NCBI GenBank assembly: GCA_013115145.1
Contig: JAAPAO010000002.1
Coordinates: 62,001-126,000, forward strand
DNA from: Perkinsus chesapeaki ATCC PRA-425
Taxonomy: Eukaryota; Protista; Perkinsozoa
DNA length: 64,000 bases
Reading direction: 5' to 3'
Position 1 is the stretch's first letter. Each line of letters starts with the position of its first letter. Made by a program: the position numbers and the translations under genes. The notes under the pieces are model-generated. The model did no database searches. It saw only the letters and a list, made by a program, of their open reading frames with translations, and was not told the DNA's origin. Positions 1 through 12,701 of the stretch are shown here, piece after piece.

Positions 1-280
1 GTCAAGCTTAACGTTGTGCATATCAGGAGGGGCAACGAATTAACATAATCAAGTCTCACAAGCCTTTCATTCTTTATCTCTTCGCTAATGTCGTGTGACG
101 CTCTCAATGGCTGTATGAATACATCAATCACGGAGTCATGACAATTGCTGGCTCTGTACAGTGTAATCCCCGCCCTTTATATCACCTCAATATCTCCTGT
201 TGTAATGGGGTTAGCGATGGTGCCTGTGCGGTAGGGGCCCGCGCAGGCACTGTGGCTACGGCAGTTGGAGCACCTGCCAT
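1..280 (-). CDS. Partial hypothetical protein (5' exons only; gene runs off the left edge)
   Basis: ATG at 280 on the minus strand gives MAGAPTAVATVPARAPTAQAPSLTPLQQEIL, then a short GT..AG intron, then RASNCHDSVIDVFIQPLRASHDISEEIKNE and a further GT donor. No family recognised. Confidence 0.4.
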
Positions 281-705
281 ATTGAAGCGGCAACAAGGAG
301 CTGCAACGAAATAATGACAATGCTCGAATAGACTGAAGACTGAAACTCAGCACAATATTGTCAGAAACGATAACGGCAATAACCGCATACGCAGCGACAA
401 ACTGTCGGCATGTATAGGAGTTCCAACCCCAGAGGATATTAGCAGCACCTTAAGGACCCGTAAGCTCCCTGTTATAACAGCGCCTAGAAGAAATAGAAAC
501 AACTCGCAATTCTCCCACGTACTTCACAAAGGAACGACGCGACCAAGGGCGGGCGAAAGGTATGTGCGCACGTTAACAGTCAAATCTTGCCGTCTACTTT
601 TGTCATTCTGTTATGCCGTTACAACATAGAGGGGATAATCATCGTGTAGTGACCATCAAGAGTATCAAGCATGGTGGTCCTAGATTCCCAGGTGTGACCT
701 CATTC

Positions 706-3700
706 ATGATTGACCAGTTGTCTGGCACTGTACCCGTTTCAGGTTCTTGGTTCGTCTCGTATTGCTGCCTTCTCGTTGCTCTCGTCATCGGGGTAAGTAA
801 TTGTTTCTTGCCTGCCGACTACATCAAAACCTCTCAATATGCGTCTTGATCTTGCATTTAGCCAAAGGGATCGCTGATAGGGGGTCCGCCGGAATCACGT
901 GAATCACGGTTAAGCCCGCAAAACAACACTACTCACAAGCACCTAAATTGACATTTGAAAGATCTAGTAGACATCGTGTGTGACAGTCATGCATTTCCTC
1001 TTGCTTTAAGGCGATTCTCAGGCACACTGGGTGGCTATCGGCGGGGAAGAGTTCGAAAATACTAATCTGCCGAACACAACTTTCTCTGCACAACGTGCCG
1101 TTAACGTTGTGAAGGAACTGGAGGCATGTGGGGTAGGCGTAGATAGGATGCGTCTTCTGGTAGATTTCCGCACTTACCTATTTGTCAGAACCGTGAGTCT
1201 GGAACTTATGCAGCCGAGGTTTGTGCGCCAAAGGCCATCCTTAAAGAGGTAGAGAGCATTGGCTTCTCGGAGGAGGATATCCAAATCGATAACTTCCACT
1301 CCAATGGATCCTTCTACATGTCCTTCCTCGGTGGCGTTATCGGCAACTACCGTAATATTACCAATATTGCATTCCGCCTAAACTCCAAGAAGGAGAAGAG
1401 AACGAAAGGCCGACGTTGTGCAGTTCTGGCCGCGGCCCACTACGACTCTGCCCTGGGTGTCCCAGGGATTAGCGACAATGCTATGCAAGTCGGATTGCTA
1501 ACCGAGCTTATGCGTGTGTTCAAGGCCCGAAACCTAATGTCAGACAGCGAAATAGATTTAATAGTCAACTTCAACGGGGCCGAAGAAACGCTAATGCACG
1601 CAGCTCATGGTTTTGCAAAGAGCAGCAAGTGGGCGCGGGACGTCTGTGCCATTGTTAATCTAGAATGCAATGGTGGACATGGCCGTGAATTACTCTTTCA
1701 GGTAGAACAGCTGTGTAGATTTGGTAAGGATATTCTTCGTTCAGGTGGGTAGCCATGCCCTAGTGTCTCAGTATAAGAGGGCTGCTAAGCGTCCAGCTGG
1801 CAGTAGCTTCATTCACAGCGTCTTCCAGGCGGGTGTTGTGCCGGGCGATACAGACTACCGTGTACTTCGTGACTTTATTCTGGAGAAACAGGGGCTTCTC
1901 GTCCCTGGGGTGGATTTCGCCACCATTGGCAATCAATATGTCTATCATACGAGTCTTGATGACTTTGCACATGCATNNNNNNNNNNNNNNNNNNNNNNNN
2001 NNNNNNNNNNNNNNNNNNNNNNNNNNNNNNNNNNNNNNNNNNNNNNNNNNNNNNNNNNNNNNNNNNNNNNNNNNTCCCTGGGGTGGATTTCGCCACCATT
2101 GGCAATCAATATGTCTATCATACGAGTCTTGATGACTTTGCACATGCATCAGTCCAATCGATGCAAAGATACGGCGAGACCATCGTCGACCTGCTGGCGT
2201 TAATGACAAATGAGGGAGTGGAGAAGCCAGTAGATGCTGAACCTCCAGGCGTCTACTTTGACTTGCTCGGTAAATGGTTTGTGGTCTATTCGACGCGTGT
2301 GGCTTATGCGCTGCATATCATTTCTGCATTGATCGTCCTCATGTTATCGTTATCAAATCTTACAGTAATACCACCCACTGGTTCTGAAGTGCCCGAATTT
2401 CCTTCTTTCAGCTCTCTCCCCGACCGTGGCTCATCGGAGCGTTCTTCTTCGCCGAATTATGTGGTGCTCTGGGTTACGGATCAATAGCTATGTTCATCAT
2501 CCCGAGAGGATACAGGCTAGCTTATCAGAATCACACGTGGCTGACGGTGCCGCTTTTTCTGTTCCCGGCGGTTGCGGGATACCTGTTTGCCAAGAGAAGA
2601 ATAGCTGGGAAAAGCGACGAGGTAGCACAATTGCCTCTGGCGCTCCATTTGGAAGATCTTATCTCCTGCAGAGCTCACCCGGAGATATCTTTTGGACCTG
2701 TCGACTGGTTGCAGCCATACTTTGCCTTGGGCACACCGTACTAGTTCCAACGTCAAGTTACCTGTCCTTTTTATGGTGCACTTTCCCTTTGATGTGAGGA
2801 AGAACCTGTTTGAATCCTGCAGTACAGCCAGGTGATCAGATACGTCTACACTGGACGATATTTTATGTCATTCGTTGCTGGCTACACTATCCCGATTGTG
2901 GTCACCTTGCAGTTGATGCCGGCTGCATTCGATTTGTTGGTAAGTGCCCCCCATCATTCGATCCCGTTTATCTGTTGTGATAGGTTCCGCTGTGTGCACG
3001 CAGCGGAGCGCTTATCCCGCCGGAGGTTATCGTCGGTCTGTTTGTATTTTCGCCCGTCATACTATGTATCTCAGCAATGGGCGATATACCTTTCGCTCTG
3101 GCACGCAGAATCGGAGGAACACTAGGGCTTGAAAGGGCACTTCTGGCCGGATTTGGTGCAGCGGTGGTCGGAACTGTTCTATTCGGTGGAGATTACCTAT
3201 TCCCTTACAGCCCTGATAGGCCTAAGAGAATGTTTACTTTTCATGTCAACCATGTGGATTCAAAAGAGTCCTTCTTATACATGAGCCCTTATGACGTGAA
3301 CCGCTTCGAGCCGATCCCTGGCGAAATCTTCAGGACTTCAAAGGGCCTCTGGGATGTCAAGGATACGGAGGCCATCTATGGCAATGGAGCGCCGTACTAT
3401 TTCCCACTCCAGTCTGTGATTAAGGAAATGAGACGAGTCAAGGTAGAGCATCATGGGAACTGGAGCGACTTCGAAGTTTACACTGAGAAGCCAATCGAAC
3501 TGGATACTGGTGTAGTCCGCACCACGATTGTCGCCAAGGCAAAGAACGCCCAATATATGACCATGGCAGTACCTCATGACGGACTCGTGGGCTTCCCTGC
3601 TCTTAGAGGCAGGCTCCCACCTGTAAGGACCGACTGCAACTGTCACTGGCTCAACTTCGACCAGGGGGGAGAGCACGACAGTGTAGAGTGGCGTGCTGAG

Positions 3701-3883
3701 ATAGACTGGGATCCTCAAGAGTTTGCTTCTGGAGTACAGCCTCGTGTCGAAGTATCTGCTTTTTGGTTGGAGAATATCCCAACGGCTGTCCACGACTTGG
3801 TGGAGCCGTTGCCCGACTATGTCGATCGTCTTAAATTCCAAGGCAGCCACACTCACGTGAAGCTCCGCCTAGACGCACACTGA
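706..3883 (+). CDS. M28-family metallopeptidase, ER metallopeptidase 1 (ERMP1)-like, multi-pass membrane; multi-exon
   Basis: Exons carry M28 motifs AAHYDSALGVPGISDNA, VNFNGAEETLMHAAHGF, IVNLECNGGHGRELLFQ, PGDTDYRVLRD and YVYHTSLDD, followed by several TM segments and a C-terminal lumenal domain (ORF 3077-3883, PDRPKRM...HV). The start is approximate. The gene spans an N gap. Confidence 0.85.
1902..2149. repeat. 75-bp exact duplication flanking an assembly gap (N run about 1977-2074)
   Basis: tccctggggtggatttcgcc...gcacatgcat occurs at 1902-1976 and again at 2075-2149, on either side of the Ns. Confidence 0.9.
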
Positions 3884-4005
3884 CTATGTCCAGGATAGGT
3901 CACTAAGCTTATAAACCCTTACAATCGTAAATTTCTGTTTTCCGACACTTGGCTTATCTTATGTACGAAGCTACATTTCTGAATGTTGCGTTCTAGTCGG
4001 CCAAG

Positions 4006-5274
4006 ATGTCACATAGGGTTATGGATTTTTTACACGTGCCAACTTCACCAGACGCGAAACCGGACATTAGTCTGGTTCGGCCAAAGGGCATCGCGGACTT
4101 CCTCTCGTTCATACCAGTATCGGCAAAAGTCGAGGACGACTCCGACGAACTGCAAGGCATCGCTGACATTGCAACATCTGCCATGACAATGCTACAAGGG
4201 ACATTAGCAGTTACGAGCATGACCGTGCCTGCAGGTCAGTTGGACGGTGTTAGGCTAACGCCGGTTCGTAACTTTTGTCAATTGAATGTAGCTCTCTCCC
4301 TATGCTCTGCCCTATCGCTTCTCCTTACGTACTTCTTCCCAGGGATCTAGGAAACGCATCACGGTCTGGATATAGTCCAGTTAACAGTGAATTCAATTCA
4401 GTAGCGCTCGGTAATGTTGGTCTATTTTAGGGGCAATGATTGCGATGGCTCCGCCCCCACCTCCCCCAAGTGTTCTGAGGACCATGCCGCCTCCGGTCGC
4501 TCAAACATCAGTTGCGCCCGAGTGCGAAGTTGAACCAACTCAACGAGACGACTCTAGGGCGTGGTTCCTACTGTAAGTCATACTTATCAACTGTTCCTCC
4601 TGCAGCTCACGGCGGTATTTCATTATAGGAGGGCAGTACAGACCCTGACAGCAGCCCACGTAGGGGTTGGTCTCGCTCAAGCATACACTATGGACCTCTA
4701 CAGTGGGCTCTACAATGGGCTCCTGGGGCTCCTCGGAGTGGTCAATGCATTACCAGATAGACGTAGGTAAAACGTAGTTACTTCAGCAAGTCGTGTCATT
4801 GTCAGACCCCGATCGGCTCAAGACATATGTGGTGTTCGCCTTCCTACAAGGCTCCGCCCAGGCTCTTCAGCTACTGTCGGTCCTTTTCATGCCCACCCCA
4901 TTCCCACTCACTCTGACCAATTCCCTCATCATACTCGGCCCGGCGGTACCCTGTCATACCGCTAATTCGTCCCGCCATTTCTCAGGTCAGTTTTACAGCA
5001 TCGTACTTTTCCTGGCAGTATGTGTGTGAGATGCGGCAGCTGTCCACTGTCAAAGGCGCGGCTGCCAATCAGCTACTTTGGGCGGCTGCTGCGTAGAGAG
5101 CTTGAAGAAGAATGATACGTTTATTATTTTTCCAGTTACGGACAGCCAACATCCGTGCCACCCCTGGAAGTGAGGCAGAGAGCTCTGGCGAGAGTGTCCG
5201 GCGGTCCTAGGCCGGGAAACCTTCCTGTTATCACAGAAGACCCGGAGGATACCGCCTCAGTGCATAGCACTTGA
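4006..5274 (+). CDS. Hypothetical membrane protein (multi-exon; may be two genes, the second starting MIAMAPPPPPP near 4435)
   Basis: ORFs 4006-4350, 4561-4770 and 4793-5029 have hydrophobic segments separated by short GT-AG introns. The last exon ends PGNLPVITEDPEDTASVHST* at 5274. Confidence 0.45.
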
Positions 5275-5559
5275 ATTTCATGATTTATATTATTGGATCT
5301 TGGGTTATATTATAGTTAACAGCAGCTCCGGATATTTACTGAACTGTAACGGCTCATTGGAAAGACCTATTCGGTACGAGCCAAACTCCTAATAGAAGAG
5401 ATACTAGTTTGTAAAATCTGTATTTAACATTGAGTCTTAGATGCGCACACACATCAGTCATATGACATGACTAAAATCTAGGTTTTACTAGCAGTCACCG
5501 GAAACTGAATGTGGTAGTCATTACTGTTGGCCACCCTAGGACAAGCGATAGTTGCATAG

Positions 5560-7932
5560 TTACGAGAACCCAACAGCTGTCTTGAGTCCTCTCCACCTGG
5601 TCACTCTCTGAACGCTACAATAATTGTCTTCTGTAAATGTTGAAATTACTACAAATGATTCAAACGTATCAATCACGCCACCCACGACGTCGACTTCGAT
5701 CTCGTGACCGCTCCCGACTCGGACTGCGAGTGGTACTTCTTCGAGACCTCCGGTGACGGCGACGGATCTCGGGAGATCTCGATCGCTTCCTGGACCGCCT
5801 TCTGTCCCGACTAGTGCTCCGAGTCCGACTCCTTCGACGACTTTTCTCATGCTTCCGTTCTCGCCGCTTCGGGGTGATAACTTTGGGCGGTGCCAAGTCA
5901 ACCATCAAACTTGAAATGTCGGCTACCACTTGTACCCGGTCGTTGTTGACAGTAGCGACCGTATTAGGATTCTTGCGTTCTCCTCCACATTTTGGACCGC
6001 TCACTGGTGCTGATACGCCGAAGCTCAAGGTAGAGGTCGGCTCTGTCGATTCCATGGGTTCACCATCGACGTCCTCTTCGTCGGGATTGTCCTCCAAAGT
6101 CTCCCAATTGTCCGCTACAGCCTCAGACGCCTCATGCTCTAACGGCTCACCATCGGACATATCATCATCTTGTTGACTGAGCTCCGAGATATCATCATCA
6201 GAAACATCAACACCATCGAGCTCTTGTCGATCATCTGTAACTTTTGCAAGCCATCGTTTCAACTGCTTAAGCTTGGCCTCTTGGGTCCTTTGTCGCACTG
6301 AGATTCCGTGCGACTCGCAGACCTAGGCGGAAACACGCAGGAGCACAGAGAGTTGCCCAGGCCCTACTACTACCTTGTCGAGCTGGCCATTATCGTATCC
6401 CTTCCACTCCTCCATTAGCGCCAGATCCTTGTCCGTGAGTACTACGCCTTCATCCTCTGCGTCATTTGAAGGGCCCTCTAGTTCCAGCAGGATACCGTGG
6501 ATGAAATGAAGATCGAACAGCTCCTTCGCTGCCCACGATTCTGCGCATTTTCGCCAGGCCTCGACCAATTCGGGTGTCTTCTCGAACAGCACAAGAGCAA
6601 ATAAGTACTTCGATATCAGCGGGTAAGCGATTCACACCGACGAAAATCTGAGAACGCGCGAGACCCCAAAAATTGCCTCACACGCCTAGAGCCCACCAAG
6701 ACGCACACTTCCCGTGCCCTACCCCTTCTCCTGCTATCTGGGCAGCCGCTGATGGCAGTATCTTTTCCAAGGCCGATCTAAACTGCCAGCCCGCCTTAGC
6801 CGTTGAGGCTCCTGCATTATGCAGCAGATCGTTCATGAGGTAAGCAGATGATATAGTTTGCAATGAAGTTTCCGAGAGCGGTTTCGACGAGCCTTCCGAC
6901 ATATCTGCCAGTTACTGAAATGCCGCGAAATAGGGTGGTACGCAGGGCTTACTGGGGTAAATCTGACTGATCAAGTCTTCAGCTGCCCTCGATCTATCCA
7001 TGCACCAAACCATCGCCTGTTCTATGCTCTTTCGTTTAGTACTAAGATTCGGCAGAAGATCCTTGAGCAAGTGGGTACGGTCCTCCTCTGATAGGACGGT
7101 GGATTCAAACCTGAAGGCCGAAGGGTCTCTTGAGCTTATTGCGGGATAACCCTACTTATCGTTCGCTTTCGCTACACCTTCCGAGGTCTCTTGAGCTGTA
7201 GTTTCGGACCGGCCCGGTGGGACCCACAAATGTCCTTTTCCATATATCATGAATGGCTTTGTAGAATATTGCGCCTGACGCAATAGGAGCTACCTATCTC
7301 TATGTAATCTAATTATCACCTGAGTGTCTCCATTGAGATAAGCACAGACTCGCCACCGGTAATATATATTCGCGGGTGAGTTCACAGGCTCCAATATGAA
7401 CTGCAATCGCTTGTCTCCCGCCCTGGCCAGGGTCTCCAAGTACCTTTACTACTGGTCAAGATTTATTAGCAAATTTTCGGTTACTACTTTTCAAACTCTC
7501 TCCCGTGCCGGGCAACATACTTGCTGACCTTATCAATGTACCTGGTACCACCGAAGATGAATGAATTGTTACATTGAGTTCGGCTACATCATAAGATTGT
7601 CCTCTCCTGTTTCCGGGTCTTTCTCGTGTGGTACTTTTACGTTGACCCTCTCAGCATTGGCCGCAAGTTGCTTAGCTTCGGCACGGCGAGCAGCCTAACG
7701 TCATCAAGGCTCAGAAAACAAGTCGGGCGAGATATAACGGTGGCATCGCGGCTGCTGAGTTAGACCACAGAATAGGTGTTCTCCGTGGCCAGTTTACCGC
7801 GGTGGCATCGAACTACAATATTGCGGCAACTACCTGGCGTCTGTGCTTCTCCTTGAGTTCTTCTAGCATGTCGTCCATCGCCTTCATTTTCCGACCGCCG
7901 CCGGGCATCCACGGTCGAGACATGTCAGTCAT
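5560..7932 (-). CDS. U2SURP: U2 snRNP-associated SURP/CID/RS protein (SR140-like)
   Basis: Spliced translation: MTDMSRPWMPGGGRKMKAMDDMLEELKEKH; SURP (YIDKVSKYVARHGREFEK...NSPANIYYRWRVCAYLNGD...HLWVPP); CID (DLLPNLSTKRKSIEQAMVWCMD; YLMNDLLHNAGAST; WRKCAESWAAKELF); an acidic DVDGEPM segment; an RS-rich tail (ORF 5669-6298). The 3' end is approximate. Confidence 0.8.
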
Positions 7933-8048
7933 TTTCAACAATCACACACAGAGGACCATAGTGGGCATGACGCACTTGGAGAACTCGAGGAAGTGCAAGA
8001 GAGCAAGATTCCCACGCAATTGCGACCTCAACCCTCCTCAATTGTCGA
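7933..8048. promoter_or_regulatory. Putative 116-bp bidirectional promoter/5' region
   Basis: Head-to-head ATGs at 7932 (-) and 8049 (+). Confidence 0.4.
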
Positions 8049-9065
8049 ATGGGTCAACGATTGCCTCTCCCGCCTATAGAGCACCGTGCTCGGCAAATCG
8101 TTTCGCACTACCATATAGGAGCTGCAGAGCTAGAGAAGTTATGGGAGGTGTTCACAAAAATCGATAAGGACCGTAAGCACCATGGGAGCCCGTTGCATCC
8201 ACGTGGCATAATTTACTATTAGGCAACGGATTCTGGACGCTCACGGAGTGTTTCATCCTTGTTAAAGAGCAGGCAAACTCAACTATGGCGCCTTTACTTC
8301 ACGCATTATTCTACTTTGCGGACCGTGGCAATGATGGTGAGATTTGCTCTCGCAGCTACTTGATTAATTACGCAATTGATACGTCACCCTGCCTTCCTTC
8401 TAGGTAACCTGTCTTTTGACGACTTCCTTGTATCATTCACAAGCTTTTGCGCCCTTTCTAGAGAAGAAGTTCTCCAGTTTTTCTTCATTGTAGTTGACAC
8501 CGACCGCAACGGCTATGTACGCCTGGATTTGGCCGCGTGGGTATATAAGAATCCTGCTCACCAGGTTTCTAAAGACGAGCTCATGAAACTCTTCGAGTAT
8601 CGTCCACCAGGCGTGGATAGCGCACCGGTATTCCCGCTGAACAACAAGCGCGCGTTGAGACTTTTCCGCAACGGCGACTGGGATCGCTTGTAATAGAGTA
8701 GGCACTGGAAGGATTCGGAGTCGAAGCATGGTATAGGCACTTCGATGATTTCGCCGAGCTCTCCGATTCCTTCCCGAACTTAACATTCCCAGCTTTCCAT
8801 TTACAAGAGCTTTTTCGGAAGAAACTGCTTGGTAGGTCTGATCTCTCTCGGTAACCTTGAATAGTCCTCCGGCGGGCGCTAGAGGTCACAATTCTTGAGA
8901 CTCTCCGCGAACAGCGGTGAAATCTTCATGCTCTTAGGGTTGGAATTCTGGGAAAATTGGGATGATGAACGAGTACTGAAAATACAGCAGGACACTGAAA
9001 TGGGGAGCGACAAGATCGAAACAGACAAACCTGGCCGCACAACAATGAAAGAAATTTTAGAGTAA
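8049..9065 (+). CDS. EF-hand calcium-binding protein (calcineurin B-like fold); multi-exon
   Basis: MGQRLPLPPIEHRARQIV...LEKLWEVFTKIDKDRNGFWT, FADRGNDGNLSFDDFLVSFTSFC, FFIVVDTDRNG, then FPAFHLQELFRKKLLGLEFWENW. The 3' end may extend to about 9345. Confidence 0.7.
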
Positions 9066-10889
9066 CCCCTCTGTTCCCGCTAACTGTGCGTGCTAAGAGT
9101 CGCAACACAGATACTCAACTCGAAAAGTTACAGAGACCGTTAAACCTAAAGGCGACGAGCATGACGGTAGGATTCGACGTATAATCGCATCGTTATTGTT
9201 GGGTTAGACGAAGAAGGGCAGAAAACGGCTAAGGAATCAATGATTCAGCGGAAAGATGAGGATATGGCCAAGAATCCTATGCTGAATATCATTCGAAACC
9301 CCATGTGTTCGTATCATGTAATCTATCGCACAGCAGTATCTTAGGAAATTGTTTACTGCTCATCGGTCAATTCCGGGCAGTGCGACCTAGAGATGACACT
9401 TGTTATCAGGTGCCATACGTAACGGAAGAGTTCCGCAGGGTGCAGGCTGAAATAAGAAAGTAAGCATCCGTTGTTGCAATTACGAATCCCGTTCCCGGAA
9501 CGGATTGCAATTTTCCGTCAGGAAGGAGAAGGAAAAGGCAAAACGTAAATTACTTGCGGAACTCAACGTAGGAAAACTTTCGCGAATGAGCACATCTCGT
9601 TGTTGGCAGATCCCGGTTGGTGCCGGCATGGATGATTATAGCATTTCTGGTGTTAGTGAAGAATGGTCCCCTGATGTCGTATTCTAGCTTAACCCACTCT
9701 TGTGTTACCCAATGAGTCTTTGTAGAAACTTTGGCCATGGCGGAAACTAGAAATTTCAACATAACAGTTCTTGAATACTTCCACAGTATGGCCAAGCAAA
9801 ACGTATACGCCCCGCCAGCCTTCGAACGCGACCCATGCTCTACAAGTAGTGCTCATGTCAAACGGATATCACACATGAGGACATTTATTCGCTCATTGGA
9901 TTTCAGGTCACATAATCATGGTTACCTTGATCTCCGTAATAATAATTTCCGCACTCACAACCACATGCGTCGTCGTGGCTGCCTACAGCGAAGTCCTACG
10001 AGTTGGAATATTGTAAGCACGCCAATGACTTTTAAATGTTGTGATCTCATGCCAGGTGGGCTATGGCGCTAGCGCTCGGATACTGCGCCAATCCGTACAC
10101 GGCACTGCGAGTCCCGTTTTAGAGCAACAAGTGCAACGCACATGTAGCTCGTTCTGTAAGTTCTCCAATGGAGTTCTACAATCTGTGCTAAAAGCACGGT
10201 GAATCATTTCCGCCGTAGTACGGAGAAAGATCAATCGCCAATATTTGGTAGATAATTTGGTAGATAAGTTGTAGTCAAAAGCATTCGTTGTTTATCATGA
10301 TGCTCAGTGCATCTTAAGTGCTATTTATGGCCAAGTGTTGTTGTGTTGTATTAAGCAACTATAAACCATAACACAAAAGCTAGTAGATCCAAACGTGGAA
10401 ACCATGTCCAATATGAGTAACTACCTAAAAAATACGACTCGTCTAGAGTTGAAATAGGGTAGGCTCCTCGGGCTTTAGAAAGTAAATGAAATCTGTTCAA
10501 ATAGAATCGATAGACGATGGTGGCACGTCAAAAAATATAATGAGTCACTTTGAAGGCTATCACACGAAAGGAGCACGTTGTCGACTCAAAAATCCTGGCA
10601 CGAGCGATATCGAGAACCAGGAAGTCGATTCCCCTTGATGCCGTAGCAGTAAATATAAGAGGGGATAAGTACAGAAATAGGACTCCTATTCTATTCTACT
10701 TTGGCACACTGGATTTCACGAAGCGCAGTTGGGAAGCTAGGACTACACTAATGGCGAGAGCAAAAACGAATACATATAAGCGATTGAGCAAGCGATGGCA
10801 ACGTGGATAAAAATGTTGCCTTATACGGCCATTACTAGTTCTATACAGTAAAAAAATAGACTTATCGAAAATCTCATATGAGAGGGCTT

Positions 10890-12374
10890 CTATGAAGCAG
10901 TACTAGGAGGAGAACTATTATCAGATGAAATAGTGTTGCACAATCCAAATGGATGACTGGGGATACCTAAGAGGGAGATCGAAATCGTATCCCGACGAGG
11001 ATACTCACCAGAGTAAGAAGGGGCGTAGTTGCTGAGCTGGTGAACAGCAAGACTGCTAGATTGCTGGTCCAAGGGAACTGGGGTAAAAACTGGACTAGTT
11101 GAAGGCGTATCTGCAGTGCAAACGTCGACAACTGAGAGACAAATTAGATATCCAAGCATCACCAGAGTATAACAGTTGTTGCTGAAGGCCAGACGCCCAG
11201 GATGCGGCAGGGCTCCTTTGAAGATCGTCCATAGAGAAGAAGTTGGGAAGGGACCTTGGAATGACTAAACGAGCTCTACCATAGCAAGCATATAACAAAC
11301 AGTAATGTTACGCATGGGGCCTAGGGCCTGGACTGGAGGGTTGTCGATAGGGACAGGTGCGTGGGTATTTTGGGGCCAGATGCGACTAGTAGGTGTGATG
11401 AAGTCTTGCTGATGAGAAGTATTCATATGAACCCCAAGCACGGAGCTGACCACATCACTTAGGTGCATAGCTGATATAATAATGAGCCCCAACCCTATGT
11501 GAGTTCACCTACCTTGTTGTTGCCTGGCAGTTAGAGAACGGATGGCATCGTCTCGAAGTCTTTGAGCGATTTCAGTGACACGCGCTGCTTCATCCGGCGG
11601 AAGAGTCTGCGGCTTCAGCGGCATTGCCACGGAAGGGCTTGCTCTCTGCTTATCTGACGAAGAACACTTTAGTTGGCCGGTGAGCCTCGGGCACTCAAAC
11701 CTTTCTTCTTTTGGCCTTTGCTCGACTTCTTCTTGTTCTCCTTCTCACCAGCTTTGTTCGGGTTCTTAGCCCAAGTGGCACCGATCGTCCATCCCGTGCC
11801 GAAGCGATCATATGCTACTATCTGTGGGCAGACCCTTGCACTATGGCTCCGACAGATTAATTATCACCTGTTGCCTGTCGGCATGACGTTTAACATGTAG
11901 CGCACAGCTGGTGTGCGCGAAACGGACAAAAGCGAAACAACGAGATCGGCCCCACGAGTCGCGCACCACCTGAGGGTCACGCAGACCCAAAGATGCCGAT
12001 TATTAAAAAGACTACCTTTGTGGATTCTACGCACCCGTCCTCACAGCAAGACTTCGGACTATATTTAGTCACTAACTGAACCAAATCCGCTTCGGAAATT
12101 TCGCGAGGAAGTCTCACGAACATTAAAGTACGCGTCGCTGAACCTGACTTGGACAAGAGATCATAGCGGTCCAAACAACGATACGAGGCGTAAATCGGGC
12201 AGCACAAGAGGAAACTATAAATTCTCTTGGAATTGTCATTCACATAGCCTCCGCATGCAGTGGGGTTTACGTCCAATGATCAGACTCACCTGGTCTATCC
12301 CCCCGATTCTCGTGGTCTTCAGATAGGTAGTCCCATCCATGAGAGCGCGGAGCTGATGATCTACTACGGACCAT
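10890..12374 (-). CDS. RRM-domain RNA-binding protein with low-complexity C-terminus; multi-exon
   Basis: RNP2-like TLMFVRLPREISEADL and RNP1-like VVRDSWGRSRCFAFVRF are joined across an intron, followed by WTIGATWAKNPNK and a Lys-rich segment. The 3' end is uncertain. Confidence 0.7.
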
Positions 12375-12701
12375 AAAAGCGCTGGGTAGAATAAGAGCAA
12401 GTAACGACTCACTAAAACGAGCAGTCAAGATGGAGGAGACAGACCAACACAACGCCAAAACCCGAGTAATTGTCACGAGGCAATCGTTGCAAAGACCATA
12501 GCAGGCACTAGCTTGCTACAGCACTAGGAAGTAACGACTACGAATGAATGCTCTCTGGTAACGATGAGGTAACGTTCCGTTGCGATCAATGGTTCTCTAG
12601 GGTAAATGGTACTACAAGTATAGTTAGCACAGTGAGCTGTCTAATGGAACAGAGAGAGGTACATTTTCAGTTCAGCAATAATCCAATATACGAAAGCGAT
12701 A

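Noticed and set aside
1-280. Weak resemblance to the N-terminus of adenylyl cyclase-associated protein (CAP)
   Set aside because: Too short and too weak to support; kept as hypothetical.
5560-6600. Acidic plus RS-rich ORF first looked like a retroelement gag or an orphan
   Set aside because: Upstream exons encode SURP and CID, identifying it as the SR140-like tail. No RT, integrase or LTRs seen.
10890-12374. RRM gene as the split-off RRM of the SR140-like gene
   Set aside because: An opposite-strand gene lies between them, and I saw no SR140-specific features in this RRM.
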